A stretch of DNA of 63,937 nt, counting the filler, from Basidiobolus meristosporus CBS 931.73 (lineage: Eukaryota; Fungi; Basidiobolomycota), in the NCBI GenBank assembly GCA_002104905.1. It is 4 parts of 4 records of this genome, joined end to end, with 100 filler letters (N's around TTAATTAATTAA, not from the genome) between each part and the next. Parts side by side here need not be neighbours in the genome. Positions count along the whole stretch, not along the records: positions 36,446 to 53,753 come from MCFE01001095.1; positions 53,854 to 63,937 come from MCFE01001310.1; 2 more parts are not named here. The stretch is one strand, 5' to 3'. A model generated the notes under the pieces. The model saw only the letters and a list, made by a program, of their open reading frames with translations. It had not been told where the DNA came from and made no database searches. Below, piece by piece: positions 46,947 to 58,294 of this stretch (position 1 is its first letter; every line of letters begins with the position of its first letter). The translations under genes were made by a program, and so were the position numbers.

Positions 46947-47179
46947 CCATATGGGCCTGAACTTTGGGAACCAAGGAGCTTTTGAATGAGGCTTGCCTTA
47001 AAAGACTAATGTACTACATGCTATTATATTAGAGTTATGCTGCTTCCAAGCGCAATTTACATAGAACTCATCAAGGTAACAGCACCAAAGTATCAGATAG
47101 AGGGTATTATAATGCCTTAAGTAAACAGCTGGTGAGCTTTGACAGGAAGAATATAGACCACAGGCAACTGCATGTAGAT

Positions 47180-48670
47180 TGTGCCCAATGAAAAATTATT
47201 GTGATGTTCCCATCAAAAGACCATCACAGATTCTAGGTCCCATGACTAAGAGGTATTGACTCAATTGGAACACTGTGCAAAGACTTTCAAAAAATAATTA
47301 TACTCCAGATATCATAAAAAGCTTAGTCAGAATATTTCATCACAATGATACTAAAGTGGCTTTTTATTGGTTCTCTACTAAATCTCTCTCTTTCTGAACC
47401 TGGGCACTCTATCACCTCCTATGTTGGTGTGTGTTGATTGGTTATTTCCCCTTTTCACACTCCTTACTACCTGCTCAGTCATTTCTCTTACTTTTATTGC
47501 ATACAAAATGATTTATTTCTACTGAAACTTCAGTTGTGCCTGAATCGCCAATTGCATTGACCTATACAAGTCTATACACCCTACACAGATATTTAGCCCA
47601 ACCACACACTCAACAAGTAATGCCACTAGTATACACCACACAATAAGTATTTTTGCTGTAATGCTCTCTTTACACAACTTTGGCAGGAGCCCTTTGGCTT
47701 TATGCCATGATTCATTCACTGATTCCCATACATCCTGGTCTTCAGCTAGCACTACAAGGTCTAGCTCCTAATCTGCCTGTCTTTGCTGCAAGTCCTTGCA
47801 ATATTCAAGTGAATTTTCTTGAGCACTGCTCTTGAAGAAGTGCTACAACCTTTTGGTGTGCCCATTAGTGAACCAAAACTCCACCAAAGGCATTGTGATA
47901 ACCTTTTGAGTGCTTAATGTTGCTACTCTCTCTGTTAGTGCAATCTCCACTCTTTCAACAATGAAGGATGTGAAGGCTGTGGTAGACAAATTGCCTTTCT
48001 CTGCAAACTCATCTACCTCACTGGAGTGTAACATAACTTGCTGTGCTTCCAACTCTTGTGAAAACAGCTGTTCTCTTGTTGGTAAATCTACTTGGCTATG
48101 CTGGAATTTAGTTTGTTCTGGGCTTAGTGCATTAATTGGCTAGCGCTGTAGCTTTTTTCTTATGCTTCCCGGTCTCTGTCTTGTGTAGACTTTTTCCCCT
48201 CTACCTTTTCCTTTATCACTGCCAGGTCTTTCACTGCTACTTTGTCCAAGTACTACTTCTACTGAACTATGGTTTCTCCATGATAAATTCTGCTCTGATG
48301 CATCTATTTTGGCCTGCTTGCTCCTTGATGGCGCACTGCAGGCAATCTGGCACCTCTTTCCTACTTGTTTTGAGCTCACATTCCATGCTGTGATGGACTC
48401 CTGAGGTAGCTGCTTGCTTTTATCACTGCCAGGTCCTTCACTGCTACTTTGACTAAGTGCTTCTTGAGTGGAAGTACACTTTTTCCTTAGTAAATGTTGT
48501 GCTGATGCATCCATGTCTGCCAGCTTTTCCCTCATTGGCACTCTTCCAGCTACCTGATGCCTCTTTGATGCTTGTTTGGAGCTATTGGCCCTGCATGTAA
48601 CATGCTCTTGAGGAAACCACTGGTTTTTGGCCATTGCATGCCTGTTTTTCTGTCTTTGATAGTTTCTACT
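47180..48670 (-). pseudogene. Unclassified repeated ORF family copy (antisense)
   Basis: ORFs 47519-48781 match 52187-53366 in reverse orientation. Confidence 0.6.
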
Positions 48671-49519
48671 ATTTGATTCAAAGTCATAAGACAGCCTCTC
48701 AGCCATGAAGCATGCAAACAGCATAGGAAGTTCCGCAAGGATCATGGCCAGTGTTTTGCCACACAAGTCATATTTGATCATTCACCAGTTACTACTGTAC
48801 CAACAATATCTTGCCAGCCACTTGATTCTTCTACAGTAGCATCCTGCTGTACTTATTACCTTGTGCAAATTGAGTCAGGAGAGTTTGTGACACCTTTGGG
48901 CTCACCCCAGTCTACTGAATATAGCACACAGAGTTATAGATCTGACAAAGCAGGCTCACTGATAGATTGCAAGCCTATCTTCCCTGACAATAGTATTCTG
49001 CATGAGCCCTGCAAAATCCTGTTATGCAATGAGACAACCCCCATGGAAAAAAATGCCAAGGATACTTTACAGAATCAAGTTGGCCCAGTAATTGACTTAC
49101 TGGTGCATGATGTGATGTTGTGGCTAGAGAATTGGTGTGTTCTCACTGATATCAGTATTGGGGGCTTTGGGGATTCACTACTACTTGCCAAAATCATCCT
49201 GGGATGCAACCTACCATGTATATAGTGTAAATGGAAAACCATCATGCAGCTGGCAACATATGACCTAGAGACCATCCTGATACCAGCATTTGCTAACAGT
49301 AGCTTGGCATTCACATCCAAAAATGCCTCCATTTCAAGGTGTCCAACTAGTCAGAAATCCATCACCATTGAGGGAAAATATTGTTCACACTCCAGATATA
49401 TTCTGGTAATGCCCCATATAAAGAAGCTCATGCAGTCCAACAAACATTGTGAAGCTATGAAGTACTGCACTCAGTATCAATCAAGCCCAAGCATATCAGA
49501 TACACTTGATGGCAAACAT

Positions 49520-51100
49520 TAAAAACAGCCAAGAAGCAAGGGCTACTTTGAAGGTATGTATTACCATGCCTTTCCCTTGGCACTTGATGGATTCTCATTG
49601 AGCAAGTTTTCCACCAGCAAATTTTGCTAGCCACTTATTCTCATCAATCTGAATCTGCTGCCTATCTTACAGTATTAAAGCAGAAATCTGATGGTAAGCT
49701 CACTGGTATCTGGGCCTAAATCACCACCCAACCTGGATTGCTACCTGTATCCATTGCTGGATGAGTCTTGTATGCTTTCCAGCATGATAACAGTAAATTT
49801 CCATCATGTAAACATGCTTATTATTATTGGCATGGGAGATACCCCAGCCATTAGCAAGATAGCCAGCTTTTCTGGGCACAATGGAGATTATTGCTATCCA
49901 GTGTATATGATCCAGGGGACTTACTCCATAACTCACACACATTTTTATCACCCAAACACCAGCACTAAGAACATCATCTTTCCATGGGGAGAATATACAG
50001 AAGTCAGCATGCAATTGCAGCAAAGTTGGAAAGCTATAAGCCATTGGCCAAAGTATAGAATTAATTGGAAACTGAAGATAATTAAACACAAGGGTACCTG
50101 TGGGAGCAAAAGCTTTCCACTGGGAGCAATGCAATTGCTTTTCAATAATACCCCTATACAAATGACCAGTTTTACATGGGGCATTTTGAGCTAAATGAGC
50201 CTGTTGAGAAATTGCAGAAATTTGAAAGAATTGGCAAGATATTACAGAGTATCTGCTACCCAAAGTACTTCTCACAGGCCCCAATCAACATGCATACACA
50301 TATGCAACAATTCAGGTGCAAGGACTCAATGAACTGGATATGTATTTATTCAAGTGGCCTTTGGAAGCCATTTCTACTATGAATTCATTTGAAGCATTGG
50401 GAGTCATATGTGGACATGGTAGGGATATTTGTCCAGAGGCAGATCACCAATGCCAGCTTGATGCTTCATCAGCTTTTGTACAGAGAGTTTGTGACAGGAT
50501 TTGAGTGGCTATACTACAAACATAAAGCTGAACATTTAGATCTCTGCCACTACTGTGTCCATTTGCTACTCCATCTTGCTTGGTTTGTTAAGAATATTGG
50601 ACCTTGCTTCATGTTTTGGTAGTTTCCTATAGAGCAGATGTGTGGGGAGATAGCAATACAAGCAAAGTTGCAGGTACTACCTTATCCCAATCTCATCAAG
50701 TATATTTCCTTCAAGCCCATCATGGATGTGATGAGCTGGCACATGGTGGACAGCCAGAAAGAGTTGGAAAACACTGAGGACAAATGTGAACATTGGAGAC
50801 ACCTATGCCTATGGCATTAAGAAGCTAAGCAGCCCCATGCATGCGTAAGCTGTTAAGTAATGCAATGTTAGGTTGAGTGCAACAAGCAATTATCTATACC
50901 AAAGTATGCTGGAATTCTCTTAGTCACAAGCCAATTTCTACACCATTCAATACTGTATTTGCACAAACAAGAGCCAGAACACATCTATAAGGAGGACTAG
51001 AATCCTGTTGGGAGAAGGAATATATTGGCTAAATACCAAAAAGTTCTTTGCAGATATTCAAGAGGTATTCATGGCAAAAGTAGTGGCAACCAAGCATATG
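49520..51100 (+). pseudogene. CACTA/En-Spm-like (Tnp2/Transposase_21-type) transposase pseudogene
   Basis: Fragments GPKSPPNLDCYLYPLLDE, GDTPAISKIASFSGHNG, HLLLHLAWFVKNIGPCFMFW*FPIEQMCG..LPYPNL match the characteristic fungal CACTA transposase motif series; many stops. Confidence 0.7.
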
Positions 51101-51799
51101 CTTGCAAGATGTATATGTTACTAGCAATACAAGGTATATGGCTACTTTGCAAGCTTTGCACTAAAAAGCCGTAAAGTAGAGGTGATAGATGTATGTCAAT
51201 TGAGGCAGGTGTTTACATTGGTAGAGGTTAGTAAGCAGGAGGCCATAGTATTTCTTGATCCAAACTATATGTGGAATACCCAAGGTAGTAGTGGGTAAGC
51301 AAATAAATAGGGGTGATTCTACAGTGGAATATATGAATTGTGCAAGGGGAGGTAGAAGAAGGAAATACCATATGGTAAATTAGTATGGTTGCATTATACA
51401 CAACTAGCTGTAGGCTGCCATACTGGCACAATAATGCCATCAGAGCCTTGCAAAGAGGCTTTCAAAACATTGTCAAGTTTTTTGCCATATTAGGCAATAG
51501 GATGTACCAGCCAGTTAGATCTACTCAAATAGTTGTTAAGCACACTAAGACCATAAAAGTTCCATGCTACCCTTGGCAAAACACCATACAAACACTGTTA
51601 TATTTTGTCAACTCTATTTAGCCGTAAAATTAGCAAAATACTATTGTGATCCTGTCACAGGATTGTGTAGATGGTCATCAATTCCAAGCTGCTGGTATTA
51701 TAGTGGTCTCCTGACAGGATCTTGATGGCTGATCTGGATTAGAACCACCCATGGGACCAAATTATTTCTTGTAGGGGAAAGCAGTATATTTGCTCCAAA

Positions 51800-53700
51800 G
51801 AAGGAACTCAAGTAGCTCAATGTCACAGCCAACAGTTGGGCCATTTCCTAATGGAACAGCAGAGGAACACCATACAGTCTTTGAAGCACAACAACAGTGC
51901 CCAAAAATAAAGCCCACAGAAAAACCTATCAGAGCATGAGAGGGAGAAGCTGTAGTATTTCTACCAAGGCCCAAAAATCAAAAGACATTGAAGATCTATG
52001 AAGCCATAGTGTGCAATGATCAAGTGTGGGTTAATATCCAAGTGGTCATAAAAAGTCTAATATGCCACCACCATAAGGCCAGCATATCATAGGACCATTA
52101 GGAATTCAAAGCAAAGCAGAATGTGCTTGACTTGCTCCATGGGCATTATCCTGGATTCAGACAAGTAAACAGATTTTGGGCCAGCATTGGTATGCTGGGA
52201 AGGTATCTCAAGAATGGTAGAAACTGTCAAAGGTAAAAGAACAAGCGTGCAATGGCTAAAACCAGTGGCTTCCTCAAGAGTCCATCACAAGCAGAGCCAA
52301 ATGCTCCAAACAAGCATCAAAGAGACATCAGGTAACTGGAAGAATGCCAATAAAGGGCAGGCAGACACATATGCACCAGCACAATATTTATCAAGGAGAA
52401 AGTGTAGATCCACTCAAGAAGCACTTAGTCAAAGTAGTAGTGAAGGGCCTGGAAGAAATGGAAACCAGAAGCTACCTCAGGAGCCTGCCACAGCTTGGGC
52501 TGAGAGCTCAAAACAAGTGGGAAAGTTGTACCAGGTTGCCTGTACAGTCCCAGCAAGGGACAATCAGGCCAAAACAGATGCATCCAAGCATCATTTATCA
52601 AGGAAAAAGCATAGTTCCACTCATGAAACACTGAAGCAAATTAGCTGTGAAAGACCTTGCAGTGATGAAGGAAAAGGTGAAGGGATAAGGGCTACCTATG
52701 CCAGAGGCAAGGAAATATGAGAAAAAGCTGCAGTTTTCTACAATTGATACTGTAAGCCCAGAACAGACTAAATTCCATCATAGCCAAGAAGAATTATCAA
52801 CAAGAAAACATCTGCTTTCACAAGAGATGGAAGCATGGCCAGCTGAGCTATACTCCAGTGTGGTAGATGAGCTTGCAGAGAAAGGCAACTTGTCTACCAC
52901 TCTCTCCATGTCATCCATTGTAGACAGAGTGGTAATCCCACCAACAGACAAAGCAACAATGTTAAGAACTCAAAGGACTACCACAATGCTAATAGTGGAA
53001 TTTTGGAACATTAATAAGCACATCAAGAGGTTGCAGCACTTCTTCAAGAGCAGTGCTCCAGGAAATGCACTTCAATATTGCAAGGATTTACTGCAAAGAC
53101 TGGCAGATGAGGTGCTTAACCTTCCAGTAATGGCTAATAGCCAGGACATATGGGAACCACTGAATGAACAGTGGCATAAAGCCATAGGGTTCCTGTCAAA
53201 GTCATGGAAACCGAGTATTACAGCAGTAATACTTATTGGGTGGTGGGTTTTCATGGAGTTACTTGTTGAGTATGAGGTTGGACTTAATGTTAGCATAGGG
53301 TATAGGGACTTGTATAGATCAATACAACTTGCAATTGGGATACAACTTAAGTTTCAAAGGAAATAAATTGATGTGTATGTGTGAAAAGTCAGAGAAATGG
53401 TTGAGTCATGAAGTAAGGAGTGTGAAAAGGAGGTAATAGCCAATCAATGTACGCAAACATAGGAGGTGATAGAGTGTTTGTGATCAGTAAGTGAGAGAAT
53501 TTTCAGAGAACCAATCAAAAGCCACTTATGTATTGTTGTAATGAAAGATTTAACTAAGTTATTTGTGAAATCTGGGGTGCATTTATTTTTTGACAGACTT
53601 TGCACAGTTTCTACAACGGTTCAATACTGCTTAGTTGAGGGACTTTAGTTTTGTGACGGCACTTTGATAGAATCATTACAATAATTTTTCAGATGGTGTG
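51800..53700 (+). pseudogene. Most complete copy of the unclassified repeated ORF family
   Basis: ORFs 52187..52720 and 52698..53366 (222 aa), S/K/Q-rich ~68-aa duplicated unit; lies downstream of the CACTA-like transposase. Confidence 0.5.
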
Positions 53701-53753
53701 TTATGGAGTAAGTCCCCTGGATCTCATGCATTAGACAGCAATAACATTCAATG

Positions 53754-53853
53754 NNNNNNNNNNNNNNNNNNNNNNNNNNNNNNNNNNNNNNNNNNNNTTA
53801 ATTAATTAANNNNNNNNNNNNNNNNNNNNNNNNNNNNNNNNNNNNNNNNNNNN
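53754..53853. other. Artificial contig linker
   Basis: 44 N + TTAATTAATTAA + 44 N. Confidence 0.95.
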
Positions 53854-54449
53854 ACACCAAAATCAAGAACATTATCTTCCCATAGTGAGAATATTCAGAA
53901 GTCAGTGTGCTATTGCAGCAAAGTTTGGCAAGCTATAAGCCATTGGTTGGAATATGGGCTTAATTAGCAACTGGAGATGCTTAATATGGAGGGTATCTGC
54001 TGGAGCAAAAGCCTTCCACTGGGGGCTACGCATTTGCTTTTCAGCAATATCCCTATACTGATGACTAAGTTGTACATGGGGCATTTCAAGCTAAATGAGC
54101 CCTTTGAGATACCAGAGAAATCTGAAAGAATTGGCAAGATATCACCAAGTCTCAGCTATGCAAAGTATTTCCCACAGGCTCCAAGCAATATTTGTATGCT
54201 TATGCAACAATAAAAGTGCATGGACTGGATGAACTAGATATGTATTTATTCAAGTGGCCTTCTGAAGCCTTTTTTACCCAGAGTATGCTGGGAGCAATGG
54301 GAATAATACATTGACAATGTAGGAATATTCATCCATAAAAGAATCATCAATGCCAACTTGATATATCTACAACTTTTATGCAAGGGGTTTGTGACAGGAT
54401 TTGAGTGGCTATAGTATAAGCATAAGCTGAACATGTAGATCACTGCCAC

Positions 54450-55249
54450 TGTGGTGATGTAGAGGTACTCCTGGGGGAAGTTACACAATTAAGGTGTGTG
54501 AGGTGTCTGATGGGTGCAATAACATCTTGGTCTTAACTGCTGGTGACTTTGTCAATATGTCACTATGGTAAAAGCTCCTGCTTTGCTAGCTTCCTAGATG
54601 CTCCCAGAGTCTCCAAATGCCTCTGTGTGTCTTGATCACTACACCAAAATGCTCCTCAATGGCAGGTCTAAGGTGTAACTGTTGAAGGTAGGTGCAGTGA
54701 TCAACTGCTAATCCATAAGGGAGAAGTGTTACTGATAGAAGGGATGATTTATTGAAGAGGAATTGACTTCCCTTGAATACTTTTTCAGATTGCCAAGTGA
54801 TACTGATGACAAAGTTCTAGAAGACTCCAGGCATCAGTGGAATTCTGGATGGCATCACTATGGGCTAAAAATACTCCAAAAAGATCCTGGAAGGTTCTAA
54901 AAGGCACTGGACATCCAACCAATCAGGGATTTGTAGTCAGAAACCTGTGTAACAAAGAGATACCAAATATTGTATTGAGATAGTAGGGTTAGTAGCATAG
55001 ACTTAGGTCATGTGTCTTGGGTACTGATGCAAGTACTTGCCTAATTTGATACATATACTGATCACAAAGCTGAATAAAATCTGGGATAACTAGTGCTAAC
55101 AACTAACCAGGGTAAACATCATATGGGGTAATACTAATTATATGGGCACAGTAGAAAGGGATAATACTGATAAGATAAAATATGAATAAGTGCATCATAA
55201 TAGCCATATGGATAAATATGTTTGTGGGAGGTATGTATGCCCTACTGCA
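54450..55249 (-). repeat. Solo LTR, ~800-bp family (copy 2)
   Basis: TG..CA termini, homologous to 27-830, interrupts the transposase; flanks CCAC/CTGC. Confidence 0.7.
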
Positions 55250-55673
55250 CTGCTACTGTATCCATTCTCTACTCCATCTTTCTTGGTGTGTGGAGAATAT
55301 TGGGCCTTGTTTCATCTTTTGGGAGTTTTTTATGGAGCAAATGTGTGGAGAGATAGGAAGACAAGTCAAGTTGCAGGCACCACCATATCCCAATCTCATC
55401 AAGAATATTACCTCCAGGTCCGTCATGGGTGTGATGAGTAGGCAGATGGAGGACTACCAGGAAGAGTTGGAAAATACAGAGGACAGATGTGTACATGGAG
55501 ACACCTGTGCCTTTGGCATTAAGATGCTAAGCAACCCCAATCAGTGTGTAATCAGTTAAGTAATGCAAAGTAGGGTTGGGCACAACCAGCAACTAATGTT
55601 TATTAGGCTATCTTTACTAAAGTATAACAGATTTCTCTTGGTCACAAGCCAGTTTCTATACCACTCAACTTGG

Positions 55674-56475
55674 TGTAGTGGTGTAGAAGTACTCCTGGGA
55701 GAAGCCACACAACTCAAGGTGTGTGAGGTGTCTGATAAGTGCAACAACATCTGGGTCCAAACTGCTGGTGTCTTTGTCAATATGTCACTGTAGTAAAAGC
55801 TCCTGCTTCTCTAGCTTCCTATGTGCTCCAAGTGTCTCCAAAGACCTCTGCATGTCTTGTGCACTTCCTCGAGAAGCTTCTTGATGGTAGGTCTAAGGTG
55901 TAACTGTTGAAGGTAGGTGTAGTGATCTGCTGCCAATCAATGAAGGGAAAGAGTTATTGATAGAAGGAAAAACTTACTGAGGGGGGACTGACTTCTCTTA
56001 GATACTTTTCCCAATTACCAAGTAATTACTAATGACAGGGTTCTAGAGGATTCTGGGCATTAGTAGAGTTCTTGATAGCATTATTACATGCTAAAATTGT
56101 TCTACAAAGGTCCTGAAGGGTTCTAAAAGGCACTGCTTATCTTACCAATTAGGGATCATTGGGCTGAAACCTGCAAAGCAGAGATACCTTATAGAGTATT
56201 GAAATAGTAGGGAAGGTAACACAAACCTAGGTAGTGTGTCATGGGTACTGATGCAGTTATTTGCCTAATGTGTATATATCTAGTGATTGCAAAGCTCAAT
56301 AACACTTGGGCCAACTAATGCCAATAACTAACCAGGGTAAACATCACATAGGGGTAATACTAATAATTTGGGTAAAGAAAAATGAGCTAATGCTAATAAG
56401 ATAAAATATTAACAAGTGCATCATTATAGCACTATGGATAAGCTTGTCTGCTGGAGGTATGATCACCCTACCACA
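55674..56475 (-). repeat. Solo LTR, ~800-bp family (copy 3)
   Basis: TG..CA termini, homologous to 27-830, interrupts the transposase. Confidence 0.7.
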
Positions 56476-57113
56476 ACAGAATTCACACAAACAAGAGCCA
56501 GTGTATACCTACAAAAGGGACTAGAATCCAGCAGGGAGAAGGAATATATTTGCCATATACTAAGAAGTTCTTTGCAGATATTCAGGAGGTATTCATGACA
56601 AAGGTGGCAGTAACCAAGCACATGCTTGCAGAATGTATATGGTACCAGCAATACAAGGTATAGGCAACCTTGCAAGTATCACATTAAAAAGCAGTAAAGT
56701 TGAGGTGATAGAAGTGTGTCAATTGCAGTGGATGTATGAATAGGTATTGGTTAATAAGCAGGAGGCCATAGTTTTTTTTGATTTGGACTATATCTGGCAT
56801 ACTAAAGGTAGTGGTTGGCAAGCATATAAAGAGTGGTGATTCTACAGTTGTAATATGAATGGCGCAAGGGGAGGTAGAAAAAGAAAATACCACTTGGTAT
56901 ACTGGTACAGTAGCATTATGCAGAGCTAGCTGTAGTCCACTATACTCCCATTATAATGCCAACAGTGGTTTGTGATGAGGACATCAGGGCACCATCAAGT
57001 CTCTTGCCATATAAGGCAGTTGGATGTATTGGTCAGTTAGGTCTGCTCAAATAAATGTCAAGCAATTAAGACTGTTAGAATGCCATGCAATTCTTGTTAA
57101 AAGTCCACTCTGA

Positions 57114-57659
57114 TGTTGTAAAAATTCTTAATTCCACCTAGATAGTCACTTAACTTAGTCACCTAGATCATTTTCTACAAATCCTAGGGAATACTGGCCC
57201 AATTCCTTGCTGGACTTTACTTAAAGTATTTTCACCAGAATATCAGGTATCCAGAGCATGAAAACTCTCAAAGCTCTGCAAACAGCCCCAAACTTTGCAC
57301 ATGTGTTCTTTGTGGTATGGAAAATTGTAGTTCCTCTTAATTATTCACCTAAGTTAGTCACTTATATTATTACCTTCAAATCCTAGGGAATACTGACCAA
57401 ATTCCTTATTGGGATTTACTTAGAATATTTCACCAAAATATCAGGTACCCAGAACATAAAAATTCTCAAAGTTGATCAATGAGCCACAGACTTTGCACAC
57501 ATGTTCTTGGGCCATCCTTAACCTATTCTACCTGCTTGTAATGCCATGACCATGTAAAAGTAGAAATACTTCTGTTACATTCAACTAGTCATTAAGTGCA
57601 AACCACATAATCTACTTGTTTGCATAATCACTTCCAAGATCTCCAAGCCACTTACAACA
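57114..57659 (+). repeat. copia family 1 LTR sequence, ~1.5 tandem copies
   Basis: TGTTGTA start at 57114, restart near 57320, TACAACA end at 57659. Confidence 0.75.
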
Positions 57660-58294
57660 TCAAATACTATCAAGTTTTTAACTTCATTTGGCAGTAAAAT
57701 CAGCTAAGCATTGTCACAATAGCATCAAAAGATTGTGTGGAGGGTCAATAAATCCAGGCTGCCATGATTATGATAGACTCATTGCAGGATCATGATGTCT
57801 GATCTGGATTGGATCCACCCATGGGACCAAGTTATTTTCATAGCATAGGCAACCACATGTATGGGCCTGTCAGGACTGCTCATATAGATACAGGCAGCTG
57901 TGTTAATGCCGTGCAAGCCCTGAACAAAGACCATCAGGATTTATTACCTTCTTTGGCAGTGAAAGCAGCAAAACAATGTCACAATCATACCATAAGATAC
58001 TCATGAAAGTCAAGAATTCCAAGCTGCTGACATTATGATGACCTGTTTGTGGGATCCTGATGGTTGATCTGAATTGGATCCACTTGCAGGACCAAATTAT
58101 TCTTTATAGGGCATTGCTTTGCCACACAAGTCATACTTGGGCATTCATCAGGCACTACAGTACCTAAAATATCTTTCTAGCCACTTGATACTATGATTCA
58201 GCAACTAGCCATAAATTTCAACTTGCACAAACTTGGGAAATGAAAGATTGATAGATTGTCTAAACAACCTCAAGCCTTGTACACATGCTTTTGG

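Larger units (their letters stand above)
53854..56650 (+). pseudogene. Second CACTA-like transposase pseudogene, split by two solo LTRs
   Basis: Collinear with 49950-51130 once 54450-55249 and 55674-56475 are removed (HSLLHLSWCVENIGPCFIFWEFFMEQMCGE). Confidence 0.7.
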
